From Mustelus asterias (Eukaryota), in contig NW_027590773.1 of NCBI RefSeq assembly GCF_964213995.1, forward strand, positions 124,001-180,042: 56,042 nt of DNA, written 5' to 3'. Made by a program: the position numbers and the translations under genes. This document shows positions 45,301 through 56,042 of this stretch, piece after piece. Every line of letters starts with the position of its first letter. The stretch's first letter is position 1. Below the pieces are notes generated by a model. The model was given only the letters and a program-made list of their open reading frames with translations. It did not search any database and was not told where the DNA came from.

Positions 45301-48300
45301 CTGCGTCTCCCTCTCTCTGCGTCTCCCTCTCTCTGCGTCTCCCTCTCTCTGCGTCTCCCTCTCTCTGCGTCTCCCTCTCTCTGCGTCTCCCTCTCTCTGC
45401 GTCTCCCTCTCTCTGCGTCTCCCTCTCTCTGCGTCTCCCTCTCTCTGCGTCTCCCTCTCTCTGCGTCTCCCTCTCTCTGCGTCTCCCTCTCTCTGCGTCT
45501 CCCTCTCTCTGCGTCTCCCTCTCTCTGCGTCTCCCTCTCTCTGCGTCTCCCTCTCTCTGCGTCTCCCTCTCTCTGCGTCTCCCTCTCTCTGCGTCTCCCT
45601 CTCTCTGCGTCTCCCTCTCTCTGCGTCTCCCTCTCTCTGCGTCTCCCTCTCTCTGCGTCTCCCTCTCTCTGCGTCTCCCTCTCTCTGCGTCTCCCTCTCT
45701 CTGCGTCTCCCTCTCTCTGCGTCTCCCTCTCTCTGCGTCTCCCTCTCTCTGCGTCTCCCTCTCTCTGCGTCTCCCTCTCTCTGCGTCTCCCTCTCTCTGC
45801 GTCTCCCTCTCTCTGCGTCTCCCTCTCTCTGCGTCTCCCTCTCTCTGCGTCTCCCTCTCTCTGCGTCTCCCTCTCTCTGCGTCTCCCTCTCTCTGCGTCT
45901 CCCTCTCTCTGCGTCTCCCTCTCTCTGCGTCTCTCCCTCTCTGCGTCTCTCCCTCTCTGCGTCTCTCCCTCTCTGCGTCTCTCCCTCTCTGCGTCTCTCC
46001 CTCTCTGCGTCTCTCCCTCTCTGCGTCTCTCCCTCTCTGCGTCTCTCCCTCTCTGCGTCTCTCCCTCTCTGCGTCTCTCCCTCTCTGCGTCTCTCCCTCT
46101 CTGCGTCTCTCCCTCTCTGCGTCTCTCCCTCTCTGCGTCTCTCCCTCTCTGCGTCTCTCCCTCTCTGCGTCTCTCCCTCTCTGCGTCTCTCCCTCTCTGC
46201 GTCTCTCCCTCTCTGCGTCTCTCCCTCTCTGCGTCTCTCCCTCTCTGCGTCTCTCCCTCTCTGCGTCTCTCCCTCTCTGCGTCTCTCCCTCTCTGCGTCT
46301 CTCCCTCTCTGCGTCTCTCCCTCTCTGCGTCTCTCCCTCTCTGCGTCTCTCCCTCTCTGCGTCTCTCCCTCTCTGCGTCTCTCCCTCTCTGCGTCTCTCC
46401 CTCTCTGCGTCTCTCCCTCTCTGCGTCTCTCCCTCTCTGCGTCTCTCCCTCTCTGCGTCTCTCCCTCTCTGCGTCTCTCCCTCTCTGCGTCTCTCCCTCT
46501 CTGCGTCTCTCCCTCTCTGCGTCTCTCCCTCTCTGCGTCTCTCCCTCTCTGCGTCTCTCCCTCTCTGCGTCTCTCCCTCTCTGCGTCTCTCCCTCTCTGC
46601 GTCTCTCCCTCTCTGCGTCTCTCCCTCTCTGCGTCTCTCCCTCTCTGCGTCTCTCCCTCTCTGCGTCTCTCCCTCTCTGCGTCTCTCCCTCTCTGCGTCT
46701 CTCCCTCTCTGCGTCTCTCCCTCTCTGCGTCTCTCCCTCTCTGCGTCTCTCCCTCTCTGCGTCTCTCCCTCTCTGCGTCTCTCCCTCTCTGCGTCTCTCC
46801 CTCTCTGCGTCTCTCCCTCTCTGCGTCTCTCCCTCTCTGCGTCTCTCCCTCTCTGCGTCTCTCCCTCTCTGCGTCTCTCCCTCTCTGCGTCTCTCCCTCT
46901 CTGCGTCTCTCCCTCTCTGCGTCTCTCCCTCTCTCCGTCTCTCCCTCTCTCCGCCTCTCCCTCTCTCTGCCTCTCCGTCTCTCCCTCTCTCAGTCTCTCC
47001 TCTCTCAGTCTCTCCCTCTCTCAGTCTCTCCCTCTCTCAGTCTCTCCCTCTCTCAGTCTCTCCCTCTCTCAGTCTCTCCCTCTCTCAGTCTCTCCCTCTC
47101 TCAGTCTCTCCCTCTCTCAGTCTCTCCCTCTCTCAGTCTCTCCCTCTCTCAGTCTCTNNNNNNNNNNNNNNNNNNNNNNNNNNNNNNNNNNNNNNNNNNN
47201 NNNNNNNNNNNNNNNNNNNNNNNNNNNNNNNNNNNNNNNNNNNNNNNNNNNNNNNNNNNNNNNNNNNNNNNNNNNNNNNNNNNNNNNNNNNNNNNNNNNN
47301 NNNNNNNNNNNNNNNNNNNNNNNNNNNNNNNNNNNNNNNNNNNNNNNNNNNNNNNNNNNNNNNNNNNNNNNNNNNNNNNNNNNNNNNNNNNNNNNCTCAG
47401 TCTCTCCCTCCCTCAGTCTCTCCCTCCCTCAGTCTCTCCCTCCCTCAGTCTCTCCCTCCCTCAGTCTCTCCCTCTCTCTGTCTCTCCCTCTCTCTGTCTC
47501 TCCCTCTCTCTGTCTCTCCCTCTCTCTGTCTCTCCCTCTCTCTGTCTCTCCCTCTATCTGTCTCTCCCTCTATCTGTCTNNNNNNNNNNNNNNNNNNNNN
47601 NNNNNNNNNNNNNNNNNNNNNNNNNNNNNNNNNNNNNNNNNNNNNNNNNNNNNNNNNNNNNNNNNNNNNNNNNNNNNNNNNNNNNNNNNNNNNNNNNNNN
47701 NNNNNNNNNNNNNNNNNNNNNNNNNNNNNNNNNNNNNNNNNNNNNNNNNNNNNNNNNNNNNNNNNNNNNNNNNNNNNNNCTCCCTCTGTGTCTCCCTCCC
47801 TCTGTGTCTCCTCCCTCTGTGTCTCCTCCCTCTGTGTCTCCCTCCCTCTGTGTCTCCCTCCCTCTGTGTCTCCCTCCCTCTGTGTCTCCCTCCCTCTGTG
47901 TCTCCCTCCCTCTGTGNNNNNNNNNNNNNNNNNNNNNNNNNNNNNNNNNNNNNNNNNNNNNNNNNNNNNNNNNNNNNNNNNNNNNNNNNNNNNNNNNNNN
48001 NNNNNNNNNNNNNNNNNNNNNNNNNNNNNNNNNNNNNNNNNNNNNNNNNNNNNNNNNNNNNNNNNNNCTGTCTCTTTCCGTTTTTGTCTCTCTCCGTTTT
48101 TGTCTCTCTCCGTTTTTGTCTCTCTCCGTCTTTGTCTCTCTCTCTCTCTGTCTCTCTCTATCTCTGTCTCTCTGTTTCTCTCTCTCTTTCTGGCCCCCTC
48201 TCGCTCTGTCTCTCTCTCTTTGCGGCTCTGTTTCTCTCTGTCTGTCTCTGTCGGTCTCTCTCTCTGTATCTGTCTCTCTCTCTCTCAATGTGTCTCCCTC

Positions 48301-48810
48301 TGTCCCTCTCTCTTTCTCTCTCTCTCTCTCTGTCTCTCTCTCTCTCTCTTTGTGTGTGTCTCTCTCTCTCTCTGTGTCACTCTGTCTCTGTCGCGCTCTA
48401 TCTCTGTCTCCCTCTCTGTGTCTCTCTGTCTGTCTCTCTCTCTCTCCCTCTCTCTCTCTCTTTCTCGCTCTATCTTTCTCTCTCTCTCTGTCTCGTTCTC
48501 TCTGTCTCTCTCTCTGTCTCTCTCTCTCTGTCTCACTCTCTCTCTCTGTCTGTCTCTCTCTCTGTCTGTCTCTCTCTCTGTGTCCCTCTCCCTCTGTCAC
48601 TCTTTCTCTCTGTCACTCTTTCTCTCTGTCTCTCTCTTTCTGTGTGTCTCTCTCTCTGTGTCTCCCTCTCTCTGTGTCTCCCTTGTCTCTTTCTGTATCT
48701 GTGTTCCTCTCTCTGTATTTTTGTGTGTCTCTGTCTCTGTATGTTTGTGTCTCTCTCACTCTGTATATTTGTGTGTCTCTCTCTCTGTATCTTTGTGTCT
48801 CTCTCTGTAG
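39385..48810. repeat. Large CA/CT-rich simple-repeat tract (14-18-bp units such as CTCCCTCTCTCTGCGT) with several N gaps
   Basis: Directly visible. It is the source of the spurious multi-kilobase ORFs. Confidence 0.97.
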
Positions 48811-49379
48811 TTGTGTGTCAGGGGAGCCCGAAACGCTACAGAAACAGGAGACAGGTTTGAAAATGGAGGAGTGTTTCTTATCCATCTATAACAATAATCC
48901 ACTCTGACAGCAGTTCCATTTCACACTCTCTGCTCAGTCCTGTGTTGGGGGGGGGTGTTTAGTGTGGGATCAGTGTTTGCTTTTCTCAAACCGCAGTGAT
49001 ATTCCCAACAAGGGCAAGTGGTTTCAGTGTTTAAAAATGTAAAGATTTCAGAACAAAACCAGACAGAGAGTGATGAGGCCTCACACCTTCAATGTAGTGA
49101 TTCCCCCAATCTTTCCTTTTGTATATTGTTTCCTTCCTCTGTCTGAAGTATTGGAGACGTCGACATCACTGAAATGATACAATCTCTCGGGACAATCACT
49201 GTAAACAGCTTCTGGAAACAAATTAACACTTTAATCACCCAAAAAGCTGAATGTCCATTCAAACACCTCCCTCCCCATATCCTTGTAAATGCAAAGATAA
49301 CTCCCATTTCCCCAAAGCAGGAAGATGTGAAATGGAATCATCTTAACCTCTCTATCAAAGATAGAAAGTTTCTTTTCTG

Positions 49380-49672
49380 TAAAGTTTATTTATTAGTGTC
49401 ACAAGTAGGCTTACATTAACAATGCAATGAAGTTAGTGTGAAAATCCCCTCGTCGCCTGTTCGGGTACACTGAGGGAGGATGTAGCACGGCCAATACACC
49501 CTAACCAACACGTCTTTCAGACTGCGGGAGGAAACCAGAGCACTCGGAGGAAACCCACGCAGACACGGGGAGAACGTGCAGACTCCACACAGACAGTGAC
49601 CCGAGCCGGGAATCGAACCTGGGTCCCTGGCGGTGTGTGGTAATTGTGCTAACCACTGTGCCACCGTGCCAG
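49380..49672 (-). mobile_element. tRNA-derived SINE (alternative tail)
   Basis: Reverse complement of GGCACGGTGGCACAGTGGTTAGC...GGTTCGATTCC, with the same tail as the copies at 8280 and 39070. Confidence 0.88.
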
Positions 49673-50109
49673 CATCTATACATAGACACACATAGATATA
49701 TGGAGACACACACACAGATATGCTGCGATATATACAGAGGCAGACATTCTCAGATACTCAGAAATATATAGAAAGACACACAGACAGGCACCCACAAATA
49801 CACAGGGAGAGGGAGAGAGGGAAACACAGTAAGACAGATAGATACATAGAGAGACTAACACACACATATAGATGTACAGACCAACATACAGAGAGAGGGG
49901 GTGATGGAGGGTGAGGAGAGAAGGTAGAGAGACAGAGGGAGGGAGAGGGTAAGTGACGAAGGGAGAGAGACAGCAAAACAGATGCACAGATATATTCAGA
50001 AAGAGAGTGAGTGACAGAGACACACACACAGATCTATTCAGAGAGCGTCAGAGAGATAGAGAGACACACACGAACATACAAAGAGATATAAAGAGAGAGA
50101 GACAGGATG

Positions 50110-50470
50110 ATGTGTAGGTTAGGCGGATTGCCATGCTAAATTGCCCTTAAGAGTCCAAAAATGCGAAGCTTGGGTGAATTGGCCATGCTAAATCGCCCCT
50201 TAATGTCCAAATATCTGCATGTTAGGTGGATTGGCCATGCTAAATTGCCCCTTAAGATTCAAAGGTGTGCGTGTTGGGTGGATTGGCCATGTTAAGTTGT
50301 TCCCTAGTGTCCAATGATGAGTAGGTTAGGTGGATTACCCATGGTAAATTGCCCCTTAGTGTCCAAAAATGTGAAGATTTGGTGAATTGACCATGCTACG
50401 TTGCCACTTAGTGCCCAAAGATGAATAGGTTAGGTGGATTGGCCGTGCTAAGTTGACACTTAGTGTGGAA
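50110..50470 (+). repeat. ~49-bp tandem repeat (~7 copies) derived from the SINE internal segment
   Basis: Units resemble GTTAGGTGGATTGGCCATGCTAAATTGCCCCTTAGTGTCCAAAGATG. Confidence 0.8.
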
Positions 50471-50529
50471 GTTTCCCATCCCGCCCACCTTGGGAATTGT
50501 AACAGGCAGGGCAGGACCATGCAAAGGTC

Positions 50530-50690
50530 TCTCATAGAATCCCTGCAGTGCAGAAGGAGGCCATTCCGCCCATCGAGTCTGCACTGTCTCTCTGAAAGAA
50601 CAGCCTACCCAGGCCCTCCCCTCCACCCTATCCTGTCCCCTCCACCTTATCCCCATAAGCCCGTGCATTTACCATGACTAAATCAACTAA
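50530..50690 (-). mobile_element. HE1-like SINE 3' fragment
   Basis: CATAGAATCCCTGCAGTGCAGAAGGAGGCCATTCCGCCCATCGAGTCTGCAC. Confidence 0.75.
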
Positions 50691-50699
50691 GGCACTGAT

Positions 50700-51150
50700 T
50701 AGACTAGGGACAGTCAGCATGGCTTTGTGAGTGGAAAATCATGTCCCACAAATTTAATTGAGTTTTTTGAAGGGGAAACCAAGAAGGTAGATGAGGGCAG
50801 TGCAGTTGCTGTTGTCTACATGGACTTTAGAAAGGCCTTTGACAAGGTACCGCATGGTAGGTTGTTGCATAAGGTTAAATCTCACGGGATCCAGGGTGAG
50901 GTATCTAAATGGATACAAAATTGGCTTCTTGACAGAAGCCAGAGGGTGGTTGTAGAGGGTTGTTTTTCAAACTGGAGGCCTGTGATCAGCGGTGTGCCTC
51001 AGAGATCAGTGCTGGGCCCATTGTTATTTGTCATTTATATTAATGATTTGGATGAGAATATAGGGGGCATGGTTAGTAGGTTTGCAGACTACACCAAGAT
51101 TGGTGGCATAGTGGACAGTGAAGAAAGTTATCTCCAATTGCTGGAAAGAG
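50700..51150 (+). mobile_element. CR1 LINE reverse transcriptase fragment
   Basis: [13 protein letters not shown]...[14 protein letters not shown]...[21 protein letters not shown]...FADYTKIGG. Confidence 0.93.
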
Positions 51151-51184
51151 TGGAGGCCCAAAGAGACTTGGGGCGGTCACGTCA

Positions 51185-51820
51185 ACATAGAAAATAGGAG
51201 GAGGAAGAGGCCATTCAGCCCTTCGAGCCTGACCCACCATTCAGCACTATCATGGCCGATCCTCTGTCTCAATGCCATACCCCAGCGCTCTCCCCATACA
51301 CCTCGACACCTTTAGAGTCTAGAAATCTATCTGTTTCCTCCTTAAATATATTCAGTGACTTGGTCTCCACAGCTTTCTGTGGGAGAGAATTCCACAGGTT
51401 CACCACCCTCTGAGTGAAGAGGTTTCCCCTCATCTCAGTCCCAAATGGCCTGCCCCGTATCCTGAGACTGTGACCCCTTGTTCCAGACACCCCCAGCCGG
51501 AGGAAACAATATCCCTGTATCCAGCCTGTCCAGCACTGTCAGAATTTTATACCTTTCAATTAGATCCCCGCTCACTCTTCTACATTCCAGTGAATACAGG
51601 CCCAGCCGACCCAATCTCCCCTCAGACATCAATGCTGCCATCCCAGGAATCAGTCTGGTGAACATTCACTGCTCTCCCTCTGTGGCAAGTACATCCTTCC
51701 TCAGATAAGGAGAGGAACACTGGACACAAGACTCCAGGTGTGGTCTCACCGAGGCCCTGTCCAGCTGCAGTAAGACATCCTTGCTCTTCTACTCCAATCC
51801 TCTTGCAATGAAGGACAACA
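51185..51820 (-). mobile_element. CR1 LINE 3' end
   Basis: FTRLIPGM...LGLYSLECRR, then TRGHSLRIRGRPFGTEMRGNLFTQRVVNLWNSLPQ (frameshifted). Confidence 0.88.
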
Positions 51821-51821
51821 T

Positions 51822-52030
51822 GGGTGGTACAGTGGTTAGCTCTGCTGCCTCACAGTGCAACGGACCTGGGTTCAATTCCGGTCTCGGGTGACTGTCTGTG
51901 TGGAGTTTGCACGTTCTCCCCGTGTCTGTGTGTGTTTCCTCCATGTGCTCCGATTTCCTCCCACACTCCAAAGATGCGTGCGTTAGGTTGATTGCCCATG
52001 ATAAATTGCCCCTTAATGCCAGGGGGATTA
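51822..52030 (+). mobile_element. HE1-like SINE (runs towards an N gap)
   Basis: TGGTACAGTGGTTAGC...GGGTTCAATTCC...GTGTGGAGTTTGCACGTTCTCCCCG. Confidence 0.85.
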
Positions 52031-52449
52031 GGATATTGTGAGTGAGACTNNNNNNNNNNNNNNNNNNNNNNNNNNNNNNNNNNNNNNNNNNNNNNNNNNN
52101 NNNNNNNNNNNNNNNNNNNNNNNNNNNNNNNNNNNNNNNNNNNNNNNNNNNNNNNNNNNNNNNNNNNNNNNNNNNNNNNNNNNNNNNNNNNNNNNNNNNN
52201 NNNNNNNNNNNNNNNNNNNNNNNNNNNNNNNNNNNNNNNNNNNNNNNNNNNNNNNNNNNNNNNNNNNNNNNNNNNNNNNNNNNNNNNNNNNNNNNNNTGT
52301 GTGTGCATCACTGCGTTTGTTGTCAGTGAGTTTGTGTGTGTTTCACTATCTTCCTGTCTCTCAGTCCCCCAGTCCCAGAATCTGCTTCTCTTTACACAGA
52401 TGCTGCCTGTCCTGCTCAGTATTTCTGCATTGACTATTTCACAATCTGA

Positions 52450-52600
52450 GGAGTTGTGAATGGTGCGATCATCAGCGAACATCTCACCTATGGAGGGAAG
52501 GTCAGTGATGGAGCAGCTGAAGATGGTTGGGGCCTCGGACACTCACCCTGAGGAACTCCTGCAGTGATGTCCCAGGACTGAGAGGATCGGCTTTGAGATA
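52450..52600 (-). mobile_element. LINE RT fragment
   Basis: The - strand reads GVPQG.. then APTIFSCSITDLPSIGEMFADD. Confidence 0.7.
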
Positions 52601-52809
52601 ATCGGCACATTGGGGGAAAGGTTGGGAAGCAGAGGATGCTGATTTAAGGTAAATGGCGACAGCGGCAACATGAGGCAATATCTGTGGCTTTGGAGTGATC
52701 CTTGTTGTACCCCACTATTAGCTGCTTGCCCACCTGAATATCTCACTGTTACTCTCTGCATTACTATCTCATCCCTATCTCTCAGTGACTCTGCCTCTCT
52801 CCATCTCTC

Positions 52810-53165
52810 CGGGGAAATTATAATGGGGAGCAAAGAAATGGCAGAAGAATTGAACGTATACTTTGGTTCTGTCTTCACAAAAGAGGCACAGGTAACCTGG
52901 CAGAAATGTTAGGGAACCAATGGTTTAGTGAGAGTGTGGAATTGAATTGAAGGAAATCAGTATTAGTAAGAAAATGGTGCTGGGGGAATGAATGGGGTTA
53001 AAGGCTGACAAAGCCCCAGGGCCTGATAATCTACATCCCAGAGTATTAAAGGAAGCAGCGCTGGAAATATTGGATGCATTGCTGGTCATCTTCCAAAATT
53101 CTACAGACTCTGGAGCAGTTCCTACAGATTGGGGGGTGGCAAATGTAACCCCACTATTTAAAATC
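52810..53165 (+). mobile_element. CR1 LINE ORF2 fragment (pre-RT region)
   Basis: MAEELNVYFGSVFTKE and LKADKAPGPDNLHPRVLKE...VPTDWGVANVTPLFK. Confidence 0.88.
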
Positions 53166-54079
53166 ATCTTTTCACTTGCGTGTAATTTATCACAGAACAC
53201 GGGCAGCATGGGCTTATCGAGAATGACGGGATAGTGTTGGGGTGGAGAAGTTATTCCTTCAAGTGGAAATCAGTGTCGTTTTGAAATGTGTTGAGGGTTT
53301 CTGCCTCTCCCCATTCAATCCTTCCCAACCTCTCTGTCGAGGCTCCTTCTCACTTTCTACCAGACAATTATTTGTGTTCGAGAGCGGGTGCAGAGGAGAT
53401 TGAAATGAAACGGTCAGACAGTTAACTCCAACACTGAGAAATGTGAGGTGATGCACTTTGGACAATAAGTTGATGAGAGAATCCATAAACCAACTGGGAA
53501 CAAGTTAAATCATGTGCAGGTAAAGGGAAAGCTTTTATACCTCTATCAATCTGTGTCTCTCTCTTTTTCTCACTCTCTGTGTCTGTGTCTTCTGTCCATC
53601 TCTCCCTTTCTGGGAATCAGTGAAAAATATCCACAAATATCAGGCAGCCATTTGGCGTTTCTTCCCAGTGGCCATTTTGTGTGAACGCAGCACTGAGATA
53701 TTTCTGACAGAGTTGTCTCTTCACTCAAGTAATGTTAGTATTTGAAATGTGACAGATACGCAGCTGTGAGGATTTTTATTTCTGGGAAAACTGAACTCAC
53801 ATTGAACAGCATCCCAGTGTGGGATTTAAACTCTAGTTTGTTTCAGTCCTGGGGAGAGAGATGGAGCGAGAGGGAGAGATACAGACACAGAGGCAGAGAG
53901 ACACAGAAACAGGATGGGATTGTGCTGTGCATGTTTCAGAGCTGACACTGAGACACACACGAGATGTACAATCGCAGACCAGAGTGAATCATTTTCTGTT
54001 ACCTGCAGTGTCCTGGACATGGACAGAAGCTGAAGTTTTCTCCGGGTGCTCCGGTTTCATCCCACACTCCAAAGATAGA

Positions 54080-54450
54080 ACAAAGAAAATTACAGCACGG
54101 GAACAGGTCTTTCAGCTCTCCAAGCCTGCACCGACCATGCTGCCTGACTGAACTAAAACCCCCTACCCTTCCGGGGACCATATCCCTCCATTCCCATCTT
54201 ATTCATGTCTTTGTCAAGACGCCCTTGAAAAGTCACAATCGTATCCGTTTCCACTTCCTCCCCCGGCAACGAGTTCCAGGCACCCACCACCCTCTGTGCA
54301 AAAAAACTTTCCTCCCACATCTCCTTTAAACCTTGCCCCTCGCACCTTAAACCTATGCCCGCGAGTAATAACTCTTCCACCCTGGGAAAAAGCTTCTGAC
54401 GATCCACTCTGTTCATGCCCCTCATAATCTGGCAGACTTCTATCAGGTGT
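54080..54450 (-). mobile_element. CR1 LINE 3' end
   Basis: MRGMNRVDRQKLFP...FFAQRVVGAWNSLPGE. Confidence 0.85.
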
Positions 54451-54606
54451 ACAGGTTAGGTGGATTGGCCAAGCTCAATTGTCCCTTAGTGTCAGGAGGG
54501 TGAGCTGAGGTAAATGTATGGGATGATAGGGATGGGGCCTGGGTGGGATTGTGGTCAGTGCAGACTCGATAGGCCGAATGGCCTCCTGCACTGCAGGATT
54601 CTATGA
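54451..54606 (+). mobile_element. HE1-like SINE 3' part, whose 5' piece at ~54035-54075 is separated by the CR1 insertion
   Basis: GGTTAGGTGGATTGGCC...GGGCCTGGGTGGGATTGTGG...GGCCGAATGGCCTCC...TTCTATGA. Confidence 0.75.
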
Positions 54607-54845
54607 ACCCTGTTCTGTATTTGGTTTGGGATTGTTTGTTGAAAAGTGTCGTTGAAGTGTTACTCTGTAATGCTGGAATTTAGGCTACGGGATGATTGGA
54701 TCAAACACTTCAAGATAATAAGGGGAATGGAGAGGACTGATAAAGAACAACTTTTCCTGCTGGTTGGGGAGTCCAGGACTTGGGGACATTGGACCTCAAA
54801 CAATGTTGAGGATTTTAGACTTGTCGGAGCGGAATTCAGAAACAC

Positions 54846-56042
54846 TCCCTCTCTCTCTCTGTCCCTCTCTCTCTCTGTCTCCCTCCCTCTGTGTCTCCCT
54901 CCCTCTGTGTCTCCCTCCCTCTGTGTCTCCCTCCCTCTGTGTCTCCCTCCCTCTGTGTCTCCCTCCCTCTGTGTCTCCCTCCCTCTGTGTCTCCCTCCCT
55001 CTGTGTCTCCCTCCCTCTGTGTCTCCCTCCCTCTGTGTCTCCCTCCCTCTGTGTCTCCCTCCCTCTGTGTCTCCCTCCCTCTGTGTCTCCCTCCCTCTGT
55101 GTCTCCCTCCCTCTGTGTCTCCCTCCCTCTGTGTCTCCCTCCCTCTGTGTCGCCCTCCCTCTGTGTCTCCCTCCCTCTGTGTCTCCCTCCCTCTGTGTCT
55201 CCCTCCCTCTGTGTCTCCCTCCCTCTGTGTCTCCCTCCCTCTGTGTCTCCCTCCCTCTGTGTCTCCCTCCCTCTGTGTCTCCCTCCCTCTGTGTCTCCCT
55301 CCCTCTGTGTCTCCCTCCCTCTGTGTCTCCCTCCCTCTGTGTCTCCCTCCCTCTGTGTCTCCCCCTCTGTGTCTCCCTCCCTCTGTGTCTCCCTCCCTCT
55401 GTGTCTCCCTCCCTCTGTGTCTCCCTCCCTCTGTGTCTCCCTCCCTCTGTGTCTCCCTCCCTCTGTGTCTCCCTCCCTCTGTGTCTCCCTCCCTCTGTGC
55501 CTCCCCTCTGTTCCCTCCCTCTGTGCTCCCTCCCTCTGTGGCTCCCTCCCTCTGTGTCTCCCTCCCTCTGTGTCTCCCTCCCTCTGTGTCTCCCTCCCTC
55601 TGTGTCTCCCTCCCTCTGTGTCTCCCTCCCTCCCTCTGTGTCTCCCTCCCTCCCTCTGTGTCTCCCTCCCTCCCTCTGTGTCTCCCTCCCTCTGTGTCTC
55701 CCTCCCTCTGTGTCTCCCTCCCTCTGTGTCTCCCTCCCTCTGTGTCTCCCTCCCTCTGTGTCTCCCTCCCTCTGTGTCTCCCTCCCTCTGTGTCTCCCTC
55801 CCTCTGTGTCTCCCTCCCTCTGTGTCTCCCTCCCTCTGTGTCTCCCTCCCTCTGTGTCTCCCTCCCTCTGTGTCTCCCTCCCTCTGTGTCTCCCTCCCTC
55901 TGTGTCTCCCTCCCTCTGTGTCTCCCTCCCTCTGTGTCTCCCTCCCTCTGTGTCTCCCTCCCTCTGTGTCTCCCTCCCTCTGTGTCTCCCTCCCTCTGTG
56001 TCTCCCTCCCTCTGTGTCTCCCTCCCTCTGTGCCTCCCTCCC
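54846..56042. repeat. 16-bp tandem repeat (CTCCCTCCCTCTGTGT)n running to the window end
   Basis: Directly visible. Confidence 0.97.

Noticed and set aside
40291-48907. ORFs of 1800-2856 aa (SLCVSPSL repeats)
   Set aside because: Stop-free simple repeat plus N runs, open in all three frames, with no coding signature.

Overview
Eukaryotic, repeat-rich vertebrate DNA, almost certainly from a cartilaginous fish (shark-type HE1/V-SINE-like tRNA SINEs and CR1 LINE fragments throughout), with several assembly gaps. The first 4 kb holds the edge of a T-cell receptor alpha/delta V cluster: one apparently functional V gene (leader 276-327, V exon 892-1198, 23-bp RSS 1199-1237) and one V pseudogene truncated in FR3 by a repeat. 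No D, J or C segments were recognised. Downstream lie two minisatellites. One has 52-bp units (~39 copies). The other has 56-bp units (80 copies), and nearly every unit carries a perfect RSS heptamer CACAGTG, degenerate nonamers at 12 and 22 bp, and an 8-bp palindrome. At ~17.7 kb there is a + strand TATA/Inr promoter with two well-formed short exons of an unidentified gene. From 22 to 38 kb is a mosaic of local duplications. It includes four tandem 102-nt, phase-2 symmetric, stop-free exon-like cassettes on the - strand (NLNFEDCNxTRNPWTRGFSPEEDGWTEACS) and two diverged paralogues. The remainder is CT-rich simple repeat and retroelement debris. The very long ORFs in the track are artefacts of repeats and N runs. 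Repeat family names come from recognition by eye and were not verified by a database search.
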